From Lama guanicoe (taxonomy: Eukaryota): a stretch of 64,000 bases of DNA. Shown in pieces: positions 39,301 to 51,725 of the stretch (position 1 is the first letter of the stretch; the number at the start of each line of letters is the position of its first letter). Position numbers and translations under genes: made by a program. A model generated the notes under the pieces. It was not told the DNA's origin and did no database searches. It was given only the letters and a program-made list of their open reading frames with translations. The stretch lies in assembly GCA_013239625.1 (NCBI GenBank), contig MU053504.1:498001-562000 (forward strand). The letters are read 5' to 3'.

Positions 39301-42257
39301 TCCTTCCATCTCCTGTTCCCTGGATCCTGCTAGATCCCCTGAATCCCCATTGTGGGCCCTCAGGAAACACTGGGCATGTGAGGGACTGATCAAAGGGGTG
39401 GATGCAGCTGAGTTGCCATGGTGTGGGCAGGATGGGGAAGTAGGAGGCTGGGGTGAGAAGGGGCTGGGCTTACTCTGGCCTGGATGGAGGTGATGAGCGA
39501 GTGTCAGCCCAGCTCCCCACAGCTGAGGGTTTCCTCTTCACCTTCCATTCCAAGTGGCAGCCTCTGGCCACCTGGGGACAGGCCTGCAGGACTCCAGGCC
39601 GAGCAGATAGCATGGTGACAAATGCCATAGCAACCTGCCTCCTCCATGGGGCCCAGAGGGGAGGGAGGACTTGAGAGAACACAGGGTGTGCACCAAGGCT
39701 TCTGGGCTGGATTCTGGAGAGGCAATGCCCTTTGGGCCTCGGTGTCTTCTGCCCTCCCATGAGGGACCTCAGTCTGCAAGGTCCTGTTCCAGCAGGGGAA
39801 ATGCCACTTCCACTTCTGTCCTGGATGAATGGCTGGCTTTGGCCTCCCAGGAGACTGTCAGCTCCATCCAGGTACAAATGCCATCCCCTTCCCAGCCCCG
39901 GCCAGAGAGGAAGGAAGAGGGAGCACAAGAGGAGGGAGGAGTGGAGTTGCCAAGCAAGGTAGGAGCAGGGACAGCTGGGACAAAGCCCTCATTGTACCAA
40001 GGCCACACGCAGCTCCGAGGCAAACCAGGCAGCGTGCCTGCCTCCCAGGACCTAGGCCTAGAACTCTGCCCGGACTTTCCGAGCTCCTTAGCAACACTCA
40101 CTGGAGCTGGCTTGGAAGAGTAAGGCCCAGCCTCAGCTCTGAGTCCTGCCTCTGCTAAGAAGTCCTCCCAAAAGCCCGGACGGGAGGGAGTGATGATGGG
40201 AGGATGGCCGATGAAGCCAGGCTCCTTGGGGCTAGAAGCCAGGGCCTGTTGGATATGAAGCTGTGTGACCTTGGGCACAAATGTAATAACACATCCTGCC
40301 TTGAAGCAATGTTATCTGAAGTAATGGGCCAAGGCACATGAAAGCACTCAGCATGGTCACCTGGCCACAGAAGGGTTCAGTCAATGACAGGTGGTCCTTG
40401 AAGCCCTTGCCCACCCATGAGCGAGGACTAGATCCCTGCCCCCACTGTCCAGGCCCTCCTGGGCCCAGGAGGCAGTGGGCCATTGGTGGCCTTCCTGGCA
40501 AGTACGGAGGAGCGCCGTTGTCCCCCCAGCCCCTGTCCCGTGGTTCCTCCTCCTGGGTTGCAGGAGGCCCTGCCCAGGGAGGCATGATGGGTGGGATGTC
40601 ACCAAGCTGGGGTGAGCAGCTCAGGTGACAGGCAGGGTGTCGACGGCTCCTGTGCCCGGCACCCGACACCTCCAGGCAGACAATGCTGGCTGTGTCTGGG
40701 CCCTCCAGGGAACAGGCCACGTCTGTGTCACAGCCAGGAAGCAGGCCACCTGAGCAGCGCCTTTGTCGGCTCAGGAGGCAGCCCCGCCGCCGGCTGGGAT
40801 GGCCGGGTATCCAGAGGCCGGGATGTGGGAAGGGGTGTTGCCCTGGGCGGGGACTCCGGGGTCTGGGACTCGGCCCCCCAGCATCTGGTGTTGGCCTGGT
40901 TTAGGTGTCAGCCCTACCACGCTGGGGCTGTGATTTGGGCAGCCCTTCCCTCTCGGACTCCCCATCCGTTCAGGGACTAACCGCAGCACTTCCTCATAGG
41001 GCTGTTGGGACAAGTCGATGGTGTAATGTACGTAACGCGGTTGGCACGGGGTCTGGTGTGGAGCAGGGCTTGGGGAACGCTTCTCTCCCAGCATGGTGTC
41101 CTCGGCTGAGTCTCCCATAACAGGCTACTGTCGTTAGTCCCTGCTCTGAACGTGGAAGGAGGGGCCTAGGGTCTCTGGAGCTGGCATGGAACTAGCACAT
41201 TGACTGCAAAGGGCCCAGGCCCCCCCATCTCGGACTCCAGGGGCTCTGGGCTAATGCCCAGCGAGGCCTCCCCTGACAGCAGCCGACGCCCAGCCCAGCA
41301 TGTGGCCTCTCCTGTCCTTCAACCCCTGTAGGGCTGCCCTTGGAGTCCAAGCCTCTACTCAGGAAAGAGGCCTAGGGAGTCTTGGGAGGGACCCCAGGTC
41401 TGAGCCTCCCTAGCCACTTGTCAAGAGGCCAGGGATGGATCTCTGAAGGCGTGGTCACTTCCTCGTGGGTCTAGGGTTCAGAGACACCCCTGGGCAGGGA
41501 GGTTTCTGCTTCTAGCCTGCGTCCTGAGTTCCTGGTGCATCCCGAAATGAGCGTGCATGTTTGCGTGGAAGGGTGCGGGCATGCCTGTGTGCGGCATGTG
41601 GGTGAGGCGGGGGGGGGGGGCGGGGGCTGCATGTCCTGCATTGTGGGTGGGCCTCCTGAGCATGTTCACTGAGCCATGTGCAGCATGCCTCGGAATGGCA
41701 GGGACCTGGTACTTTTTCATGTTCATGTGTGTCCATGTGTCTTTCTACACGTGTGCTGGTGTATTGGTCTGTCTTGTCTCCCCTGTAGACGGGAAGCCCC
41801 AAGCCACACGCCAGCGGGCACTCTGGGAAGGTGACGTCGAGACTAGCCCAGCCTAATTTGGGGTTCCTGGTCCTGCTCCAGGAGTCCTTCAGTCTGCAGC
41901 CCCCGCCAAGGAGGGAGGATTGACCAACTTGAGGGTGGGGTCCGAAACTCAGGGATCCAGGGGCCTGGCTCATAGCATAGAGGACTCAGTGCTGTGCTGT
42001 GCTGAGCCGACGGTCAGGAGACCCTGTCCCAATGCCCGTGTGACCTTGGGCAAGGCCTTGTGGGCACACCCACTCATCTGGAGGACACGGGGTTGGACTG
42101 ATGATTTCTGGCCACCCTGAGGCACTGACGATTGTGATTTTAAGTCGGGTGGTGGGAGTCTGCTAAATTCATTGGTGGAGGCAGCTGTGGCCAGAGCCTG
42201 GCCTGCTAGCCCCTCGCTCGGTCCCGGGTGTCCTGCTGAAGGGCAAGAGGAGAAGCC

Positions 42258-42439
42258 ATGCCGGGCAGCAGCCCCAGCGAGAGGATGACGTGGCCAGGCC
42301 CGGCCCTCCCCACGGCACCCCCAACCCGCCCTCTCTCCTCAGCCCCGGGGACACCGCCCATCCCGCCCCTCACCCGGACCCACAGCCTCATGGCCATGTC
42401 CCTGCCAGGCAGTAGACGGGCCTCTGCTGGATCCCGCAG
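42258..42439 (+). CDS. SNPH: SNPH (syntaphilin) first coding exon; long-form ATG at 42258, short-form ATG at 42390
   Basis: MPGSSPSERMTWPGPALPTAPPTRPLSSAPGTPPIPPLTRTHSL-MAMSLPGSRRASAGSR(R); Kozak gccATG; donor CGCAG|gtgagt. Confidence 0.93.
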
Positions 42440-43124
42440 GTGAGTCTCCCCCTTACCCGGAGCCTTGGCCTCTGAAGGTGGGAGGAGGGAGGGTCTCTGT
42501 CTCCACTCTGCCACTAACTTGTCTTTGAGCAAGTCATCACCCCAGTTTTCCCATCTTTAAAATGGGCTTGTTAACACTCATCTCAGGAACTACTTAAGGT
42601 CTCAAATGACACAGTGGACATAAAAGTTCTCTGAAGACATAAGCCGTTGGATCCCTGTCAATTTTTGATCTTCGCAGTTACTCGAGGGATGTCCTGCCGC
42701 CTCCCCCGCAAGCTCACTTGGCCTCCCCGTGTGCCCCTCCTCCTGTCCCGACTCCTGCCTGCCCCATTCTTCTCCACCTCTGTCTCAGTCTGTGCAGTGA
42801 CCTCCCCCTCTAGGCTTGGGGGACCCTAGAAGTTGAGGGGGACCCTTAATAAGGGTAGAGGGACCCCACCCTTGGCCCACAGCCCTGCTCAGCCTCCCTT
42901 CTTATCCTGGGGAGCCAGGAGGACTGGCCTCCTTCTGGTTTTCCATCTTGATTTGCACTGTCTGTTCTGTCACCCTTGTCTGTGCGTCCCCCCTTCTGCT
43001 TCTCTCCCCGGCGGTGACCCCGAAGTGGGGGCCCTTTGGGCCGCAGCGGCCTGGCGGTGTTCGCCCAGTGTCCGCAGCTGCCCCCCAGCCAGAACGAGCA
43101 CCTGCCTCTTCTTCCTGCCTCCAG

Positions 43125-43232
43125 GCGCACCTCTCCACCTGTGAGCGTGCGGGATGCCTACGGCACCTCCTCCCTCAGCAGCAGCAGCAACTCAGGCTCC
43201 TGCAAGGGCAGTGACAGCAGCCCCACGCCCAG
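43125..43232 (+). CDS. SNPH: SNPH coding exon 2 (Ser-rich)
   Basis: cttcctgcctccag|G CGC...CCC AG|gtaacc, 108 nt. RTSPPVSVRDAYGTSSLSSSSNSGSCKGSDSSPTP(R). Confidence 0.95.
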
Positions 43233-43399
43233 GTAACCAGCCCTGCCTCCCGCCCGCCAGGCCCAGCTGGCTGGGAACCCAGGTGCCCAGGGGTGGGTGG
43301 GGGGTGTGTGTTCAAACAGCCCCCCTACTCTAGCACACTCCCTGGCAGTGTGACCTTGAGCAGGTCCCTTCTCTCCAAGCCTCGGTTCTTGTCTGTGAG

Positions 43400-43800
43400 A
43401 TGCATATGATAACACCCAGCTGCACATAACTGAAGACAAGGGCTGAGACGAAGTAGGGGTGATGCTTTCAGAACAAGGGTCCAGAAGCAGGCAGCTCTCT
43501 GAAGCGTGGGGGCCCTGTCTCCACCATCCTTGGTGTATAGCTTTTTTCCTCGTCATTACGAGATGGCTACTCCTGCAGGCGTCAGGTCGGCATCCAGGAA
43601 AGAAGGTAGAAGGGCCAAAGTCCCCAAGCTTCCCAGAGGCCCATGTTTTCTGAGACAGAACACCTTCCCCAGGACATTCTGTCTATGCTGTCCTGGCTGG
43701 AGTTGGGTGTGACTGACTGGCTGCAGGGGGAGTTAGTGGTTCCCGATGCAGCGCTGTCCCCAGACAGGGTAGGTGAGCGTTCTTTTGGGGGAAAAGACAA
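43400..43800. mobile_element. Probable old MaLR LTR (MLT1-like) remnant
   Basis: aagggtccagaagcaggcag...ccaccatccttgg...gagatggct...catccagga...tcccagaggccc is typical of degraded MLT1 elements. Confidence 0.35.
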
Positions 43801-45384
43801 GAATGGATTCTGGAACGCAGCTCACAGCTCTGCCTGCCTGCTCTTCCAGGTAAGATACTGCGAGGGTGGCAGAGGTGGAGTCGGATTGGAAAGCGAGGCA
43901 TGCTCCAAATGCGGCACAGGCTGAGTTGTGCTCTCAGCCAAGGAGGGAAGACAGGATCAGGGTGGGGAGGCAGGTTGAGGGGGCTGTGGGTCCTCGAGGA
44001 CCAGGAAGTGAGAGCTGTGATGGTGGCGCCCCATCCTGTTTCCTGTGGGGGTGGAGCACAGGCTTAGGGTGCAGTCTGGGACTTGTTCACCTCTCAGCTC
44101 TGAGTCTCCCTTTCCTTATCTGTAAAGTGGAGATAATAACCTGAAGGCTTCAGTGAGTTGATATCTGCACCTGCTCCACACTGCAGGTGGCCCTGAACTG
44201 ATAACTGCTGCCACTAGGACTTTGGTTCAACTTGAGAGTCGTAGGCAAGAGGAGGCCAGGAGACTCTGGTCTGCAGCTCCCACGGCCAGAGTACCTCCTG
44301 GGAAGGCTGTCTTGCTGCTTCCAGCAGAATGAGTGTATTTTGTGTGAAGGGATGTCCATACCGCCCTGAGGCAGCAGTTCTGAGTTTTTCCACCGTGACA
44401 CACATGATGGGTGACACACATGTGCAGACCCCAGGCCCCAGCATCCTGTCTGTAACCCCACCCAAGAATGCGGGGCGGGGGGCATGAGTGAGCCTTACAT
44501 TTTGAAAAGTATATAATTGGCAACTTTAATATTTTCTTATTAGTAGCAGGTTTTTGCCACACACACCATGTTGCAAAAATGCCCATAGGGACAGTCCCAA
44601 CCCTGCGGCTGACAGCTGCTTCCATGGAAGGGTCTTCTTGCCACCATCAGAGTTGCTGCTACTGGCTGAGCTGCGGGGTCACGACTCTGGCCTCGCTGCA
44701 AATAGCCAGGCGTTCCAAGGTGTGAATAGCTGAGATACGAATTATAGTATGTTTTTCTTCTCGGTTACATATATGTGAATACATACTATATTAAAAATAT
44801 TTTTTCCCACAAAGATAGAACTAGTGACTAAAAACACAGTTACTTCCTCTCTAATCATCAACTCTTACTAGTTTAAGTAACCCTGTTTCCTCCATGCCCA
44901 GCATGGGGAAAGGCACCAGGATGTCCACAGGACTTGCATGTGGGGCTCAGGGCCCCTGCTGGCTTCTCTTTTGGAAGATTTCTTAGAGCACACCAGAGGG
45001 GGACCCCCATTCCAGCCTGACACCACCCCTCTGCCCTTTGCCACCCAGAAAACAGGCCAGTGTGTGACTTGACTTGAGCTAAACTTGGGGGCCAGGAGCT
45101 GAGTGAGCAGGAGAGAGTCGTTTCTCTTTGTCTCCACTCCTATCCACACTTTCTCTCCAATAGTTTATAATTTACAAATACAGTAAACATTCCACAAAAC
45201 TTTTAAAACTGCCTCCAACTTGGCTGCTTCAGTGAATGGGCCCCACCAGGGCCTGTCGTTTCGAGGCCCATAAATAGTCATTGTCCTTCCCTAGACCTGG
45301 GAGCCCCTGTCCCCTACAGGGATGGAGTTGCATGGCAGCTAGCCCTCTGCTAATGTGTGTGAGAACACCCTGGGTGGTTTTTGG

Positions 45385-45630
45385 GTTTTTTTTTTTGAAG
45401 TGCAGTTGATTTACAGTGTTAGTTTCAGATGTACAGCAAGGTGATTCAGTTATACATATGCATACATATATATTTTTTTTCAGATTCTTTTCAATTATAT
45501 GTTATTACAAGAAATTGAATATAGTTCCCTGTGCTTGTTGTTTATCTATTTTATATATAGTAATGCGTGTCTGTTATTCCCCAACCCCTAGTTTATCCCT
45601 CCCCGCCCTTTCCCCTTTGGTAACCGTAGT
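45385..45630 (-). mobile_element. L1 3'UTR fragment (artiodactyl-type)
   Basis: ttgaagtgcagttgatttacagtgttagtttcagatgtacagcaaggtgattcagttatacat...cccctttggtaacc, similar to the 3' end of the element at 34781. Confidence 0.8.
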
Positions 45631-46035
45631 TAGGACACACCCACATTTTTAAGCCAAGATCCAACGAGGTTTCCTCACAAACAGAACAATCAGCAGGAAG
45701 CTATGGGTTGGGGCACTGAGCCGTGGTCTGCTGGTGGGACTGGGGCGCCCCCCTCCCTGGGTGAAAGCCTTGGCCCTCCCACCTCCCCCGTCCTGGGGGG
45801 ACCAGCCCGAGCTCACCGCACACCCACCTCTGCACCACCCCGTGCCGGGGAGCGCGGCTGCCCGGAGCAGTGCCTGCTGCCACCTCCGGGTCCAGCTGCT
45901 AACAGGTCAATGCCCAGAGCCGGCAGGTGTTCACATGTGTGCGCATCTGTGCCCCCAGAGCGTGTGTGGACGCGTGCAGATGGAAGGGGCCTGCCTGCAT
46001 TTGTGTGAACGCGTTCATGAGCTGGTGTCCTAGTA

Positions 46036-46950
46036 CAGCTGACGTTGGCACAGTAAGGGGGTTAGGGACACTGACCCTTTGTGCAGTTGAAAATCCACAT
46101 ATAATTTTTGATTCCCCCAGAACTTAACTGCTAATAGCCTGCTGTTGACCAGAAGCCTTCCAACCTAAACAGTTGATTAACACGTACATGGTATGTTGTA
46201 TGTGTAATAAATTGTATTCTTACAATAATAGAGGCTAGAGAAAAGAAAATGTTAAGGAAATCATAAGGAAGAGAAAAGGCATTTACAGAACGGTACTGAA
46301 TTTATTGATACTGTAAGTTTAGGCTGTTTGTTTCCAAGATGAATCGTCTGTCAGTACCCACATCAGCATCGTCTTACATGATACGAAACACTGTAGATGT
46401 TATACGAATTACTAAGACAAGATATGGAAAGTGAAAAGATAATGTGAAAGGAAATTCATGTTTATTTACAGGTACATGCACTGATACAATGCATGCATTG
46501 ATAACAAAGGAGCCACACTATGATTGCTTTTTTGTGATCAACCCGATTGCATCACAGTAACCAAGCCTATCTAATGAGTGAATCATTATAAAATTTTTAT
46601 GGCATATAGTGTTACAGCCATACTCATAATATGGTATTGGAAACATTGTTACATTTTTCTAAAAACCACTTACCTGTGATGATGGGCCGATATGCAGTGT
46701 CTCCAATTATGAGAGAAAGGCTTACTATGCGGTGATAGATTCTTTAAAAGCAAAGTGATAGAACAGTAAGAAAACTAACACATTATTGATTTTCTATGAA
46801 CTATCACTCACCTTATGCCAGTGCAAGGATAGGCTGTCCACGTCCACACCAGTCTTGCACACGGTGTTCTGCACCATGAAAGCTTAGGTGATGATGAGGA
46901 CGACACAAAAAATGCCTCATTCAGTTCTTGCTGTACCGTTGTTAGATTTT
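46036..46950. mobile_element. Tigger2-family (TcMar) DNA transposon fossil; right boundary approximate
   Basis: TA then cagctgac...gggggttaggg...gaaaatcc...aactgctaatagcctgctgttgaccagaagcctt...gctagagaaaagaaaatgtt...aaggaagagaaaa, resembling the recalled Tigger2/MER28 consensus. AT-rich island within a GC-rich intron. Confidence 0.7.
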
Positions 46951-47425
46951 CACATGAAGTCACTCACAGGTAAGTCCTCGCCCACCAAGCAGGCCCTAGG
47001 ATAGGCACACGGAGGGGGAGGCCTCTCCCTCTCCAGTCTCTGGCCCCCAGAATCGTCCTCTGGATTGGGAGGCTGGACACCTGAGCTCTGGGCAGCACCC
47101 CGGGACTGGGTTGACGGAGATGCTGTTGATGGCATGCCCCGGGGGCGCCAGGCTTATGTGCGTGCTCTGTGACGTGTCTCCCCACTCCGAGCGAGAGGAG
47201 CCCTGAGCTCCCCACCCCGACACTGTGCTCATCATTCAGAAGGGCCTTAATAAAACCTGCTTTCCAGAAGGGCTGGGTCTTCTCGTGCCCACAGGGGCCT
47301 TGTGGGGGAGGCCTGGCCCACAGCCCTCTGATGTCCCTGGGACCAGGAGGTTGAGGCCGGGGTCCCACTGCTCCCTGGAGCCACAGCACCTGTGCCCCTT
47401 GCGGCTGACGAGCGTCCCCTTGCAG

Positions 47426-47575
47426 GCGCTCCATGAAGTACACGCTGTGCAGTGACAACCACGGCATCAAGCCGCCCACCCCGGAGCAGTACCTGACGCC
47501 CCTGCAGCAGAAGGAGGTGTGCATCCGGCACCTGAAGGCCCGGCTGAAGGACACGCAGGACCGGCTCCAGGACCG
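47426..47575 (+). CDS. SNPH: SNPH coding exon 3 (start of coiled coil)
   Basis: ctgac...cccttgcag|G CGC...GAC CG|gtgagc, 150 nt. RSMKYTLCSDNHGIKPPTPEQYLTPLQQKEVCIRHLKARLKDTQDRLQD(R) carries the syntaphilin/syntabulin motif. Confidence 0.96.
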
Positions 47576-48249
47576 GTGAGCGGGCGGCCGGGGCCCCGCG
47601 ACATCTCTGGGAGGACGGAGTAGCTGGGGGCTCCCTTCCCAGCAAAACCCCACCTGCCCCTGCCCCCTCCTCAGCCGCTCCTTGCCCACTCCTTGGGGCC
47701 AGGCCAGGAGCAGTGTGCCCTGGGAGGGCCTGTCCGGCCTCCCTCCGGGAGTGGTGCTCTGCGGGTTGCAGCCTGGCGGCCCCTTTTTGCCACTTCTCCT
47801 CCCCTGGCTCCTTCCTACCTGGTGAGTAGGAGCACAGGTGCGCTCCCTGGCTCTCCCATCTCTCTCTGCGGGAGAAAAACAACCCGTTAGCCCTCTTTTG
47901 CCTCCTCCAGAGAGTCACCAGGGCCTGTGGCCCAGCAGTCCCGGCCCCAGAAGCTTCCCTCCTCATCCACTTACAGATGATGTCTGAGCTCCCACCCAGC
48001 CCGGGGTCTCCCAGGAACCCCCGTGGGCCTGTCTGAACTCATTCTCCGGACCCTGGGTCAGTCCTGACCCTCCCGCCTCTGCCTTTCCCGGCCGGCAGCT
48101 TCATCTTTATGGTTGAGCTCTTTATCGCCTCAGCGTCTTTTCTAGACAATTAGTGGATTCAAATATGCAGCCGATTTTGAGCTGGACAAGGTGCCGGGCG
48201 GAGCACTGGAGGTCAGGCCACCACAACCATGCCTTCTTTTTTCTTTTTC

Positions 48250-48540
48250 AAATGTAACTGCTTTCTTGAGATAGAATTCACATACCATACAATTCATCTG
48301 TCTAAAGTGAACAATTCAGGGATTTTCTGTGTATTCACAGAATGGTGCCAGCATCAACAGTGTCTAATCCCAGAACATTTGCATCACCCCAAAAAGAAAC
48401 ACTGTTCCCAGTAGCAGTCACACTCCAGTTCCCCCCAGCCACCCCAGCCCCTGGTAACCACTAACCCTGTCTCTGTGGACTTGTCTATTCCGGACATTCT
48501 GTGTAAATGGGAGCACACAGTATGCATGACCATGTCTTTC
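48250..48540 (-). mobile_element. Old L1 3' end fragment
   Basis: gagatagaattcacataccatacaattca...catcaccccaaaaagaaac...cccagcccctggtaaccactaa. Confidence 0.75.
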
Positions 48541-50551
48541 TTGACCAGAGCTCCACCACCAGCCCATCTAGTTTGGGTTTGCTGTCGTTTTGAACTTTGG
48601 GAGGCTACAGGTGGCATTCTGTGGGCCTCCTTGTCTGCAGAGCTAGGATTCCTATTATTATTTCCCATCATCTCCTCAGTGATGCCCTGGGTCTGCTTGG
48701 CCACCTGCACTGATGTCCTCAGGAAGCACACAGCCCACCTCCCTGCTTCCTCCTAGGGCTGCGGTGCGGCTCAGAGCAGACCATCTGCCTGTCAGTTTGG
48801 GCAGGGCGCCCGCCCCTCAGCTCCCGGCCTTTCTGCCTGGCACCCGTGCAGTACTGGTGGCGGTCCTTTACTGGCTGTGCTGTCACACTCCACACACGCT
48901 CTGAACATCCAGCCTGAAACCTCTCATTCCATGGTAGCCTACCTTCTGCTCAAAGATGCTTTGACACTCTGTGCTTTCATATGCTGGGTCCCCACTTCCG
49001 AGATGCCCGTTCCTCACCTTTCTTCCTTGGCAAACGCATCCATCCTTCAGGACCCTGTTCAAGTGTAACACCCTGCAGCCCACTGAGACCTGGACAGGGC
49101 TGGGAAGCCATAGCTCAGGCGTCTGAGCTGAGCGTACCCAGTGCCTTCTCCAAACTCACTCTTCCCCCCTAGGGCTCAGCACCAGTGAGGAGGGCTGCCA
49201 TAGGATGAGCACCCCCACTCTGAAGCAGGAGGCATGAGCAAGTGTCCCCACACTTGCCTGTTTGTCTGTTGGTGGGGCTCTGAGCAGCTCCGGGTCCCCG
49301 CTGCCATCCCACTGCCGTCACTGACTTGTGTTCTGTTGGGCAGCCTGTCCCCTGCCTCCCCTTCCAGGTGATGCTCTTGTGGACCTTGTGGCCACTGCAG
49401 CCCTCCAGTCCCAGTCCCTGTGATGCTTTATGGAGTGAGATTCCTGGTCCCATTTCCTGAACTGCACAGTGCCTGGTACTTGATCTGGGATGGTCACTCT
49501 GCTGGAGTCATAAACCCCAAAGTGGTGGTCAGGGCATTTTGGATTTTATTTACGTCAACGTAGGGTTTGGGCTGCGTGTGGGCCGTTTTGCTGGAGGAGG
49601 AACGTCCAGGGCTGGAGTTCAGGCTCAAGAACTATTTTCCTCCTTTCTCACTGCTTTTAGTCTGTCCTGTTCAGTCTCACCCTGGCTTTACCTCTGGACT
49701 TGACAGCAGCTTTTTCTACCTCACCTCCCTCTCCTGCACACCCTGGATGCATCTATGACTCAAGGATTTTAAAAGCCTGAGAGTTTCTAGACACGTCTTC
49801 TGACTGTCTGTCTGCCTGCTCTCGCCTCTTCTTGCAGGAGTAGCTCTATGCTTTTTTTGGCGATTTTATTGGCCTTTCTTCTCTGCAGTAGATACAAAAA
49901 TGAAACGTCCAGCAAAGGTGAAAGACAGCCACCCTGTTCTCATCACTCTCCTCCCATTCAGCCACCACTTCTCGGCCCTCCACTTGAGGGAAGATGTAAA
50001 ATTACCGGCTACCTTGGAGGCAGTCATTTCTCTCATAAAAACTAAGTGGCTCCTCACTCTCTCCCCGGCGTCTCTGGCCAAACAGCCCTCCACTGAAAAT
50101 GCCCACCACTGGCGGGCCACATGCCCTTCTGCAGAGCAGAGATTTAAGGTTTCGTTTCTGTCATTTTATGTGAAGATTTTTAAATGGATGTATTAAGTTT
50201 TCATAGCAGTGGCATTCTTAAACTGAGAGTCTTTATTGTCTACTCTCTTCTGGGTGACAGATTTAAATGTGGATAGTCCTCTGCATTTCAGCTCTAGGGG
50301 ATCAGAACTCAGCGGTGGCTCCTTCTTGTCCCCGAGGAGGGCCCGTCCTGGCCCCATGGTCCCTCTCCCGCCCACACTGCTTCCCTGGGGAATAGAGAGA
50401 ACGAGGAAAGAGGCATCAAATCGCTCCTTTGTTTTTTCGCTCTGAGTGGCAGCAGCCAGGCCCTCTGTCCTTGGTGACAGCCCCCTCCTTGCCTGGCCTT
50501 GGTGGCAGTGACAGGCCAGGCAGAGAGCATGTGTGTCTCATCCGATCACAG

Positions 50552-51725
50552 GGACACGGAGATTGACGACCTGAAGACGCAGCTGTCGCGCATGCAGGAG
50601 GACTGGATCGAGGAGGAGTGCCACCGTGTGGAGGCCCAGCTGGCCTTGAAGGAGGCCCGCAAGGAGATCAAGCAGCTCAAGCAGGTCATTGACACTGTCA
50701 AAAACAACCTGATCGACAAGGACAAGGGGCTGCAGAAGTACTTTGTGGACATCAACATCCAGAATAAGAAGCTGGAGACGCTGCTGCACAGCATGGAGGT
50801 GGCGCAGAATGGCCTGGCCAAGGAGGACGGGGCTGCCGAGTCGGCCGGCGGCTCCCCGGCCCGCTCCCTCACCCGCAGCTCCACCTACACCAAGCTCAGC
50901 GACCCTGCCGTTTGTGGTGACCGCCCACCCGGCGCCTCCGCCGAGGACGGGATTGACAGTGGCTTCGTGGCGACCGAGGACACACTAAGCCGGACGGATG
51001 CGCTGGAGGCCAGCAGCCTGCTGTCGTCAGGGGTGGACTGCGGCCCCGAGGAGCCCTCCTCGCTGCACAGCTCCTTCAGCCTGGGCCCCCGCTTCCCCGC
51101 CAGCAACACCTACGAGAAGCTGCTGTGCGGCACGGAGGCCGGCGTGCAGGCCAGCTGCATGCAGGAGCGCGCCATCCAGACGGACTTTGTGCAGTACCAG
51201 CCGGACCTGGACAACATCCTGGAGAAAGTGACCAAGGCCCAGGTCTGCGGGGCCGTCCCCGAGTCAGGGGACAGGCGCCCGGAGCCGGATCCCCACCCCC
51301 CGGGGCCCAGAGACCCCAACTCTGTGGTGGTGGTGACGGTGGGTGACGAGCTCGAGGCCCCGGAGCCCATCACTCAGGGGCCCAGCCCACACCACCCCGG
51401 TGCGAACCCAAACCCCAGCCTGTCGGTGAGCGTGGCGTGCCCTGTGGAAGAGGAGGAGGAGGCGGCCGCGGCCGAGAAGGAGCCCAAGAGCTACTGGAGC
51501 CGCCACTACATCGTGGATCTGCTGGCAGTGGTGGTGCCGGCCGTGCCCACGGTGGCCTGGCTCTGCCGCTCCCAGCGGCGCCAGGGCCAGCCCATCTACA
51601 ACATCAGCTCCCTGCTGCGGGGCTGCTGCACCGTGGCCTTGCACTCCATCCGCAGGATCAGCTGCCGCTCGCTGAGCCAGCAGGGCCCGAGCGTGCGCAC
51701 GGCGGGCGGCAGCTCCCAGCTCTGA
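50552..51725 (+). CDS. SNPH: SNPH last coding exon: coiled coil, LC8-binding ERAIQTD motif (51165-51185), C-terminal mitochondrial membrane anchor
   Basis: tcacag|G GAC ACG...; DTEIDDLKTQLSRMQEDWIEEECHRVEAQLALKEARKEIKQLKQVIDTVKNNL...YWSRHYIVDLLAVVVPAVPTVAWLC...GGSSQL*. The four exons join in frame: 182+108+150+1174 = 1614 nt = 537 aa plus stop. Confidence 0.97.

Noticed and set aside
46964..47966. 241-aa and 239-aa minus-strand ORFs
   Set aside because: Antisense shadows of a GC-rich SNPH exon and its flanks; no independent gene structure.
50499..50551. N-terminal part of the 408-aa ORF as a true start
   Set aside because: Homology to syntaphilin begins at the cag|G acceptor (50552); the upstream codons are intronic.
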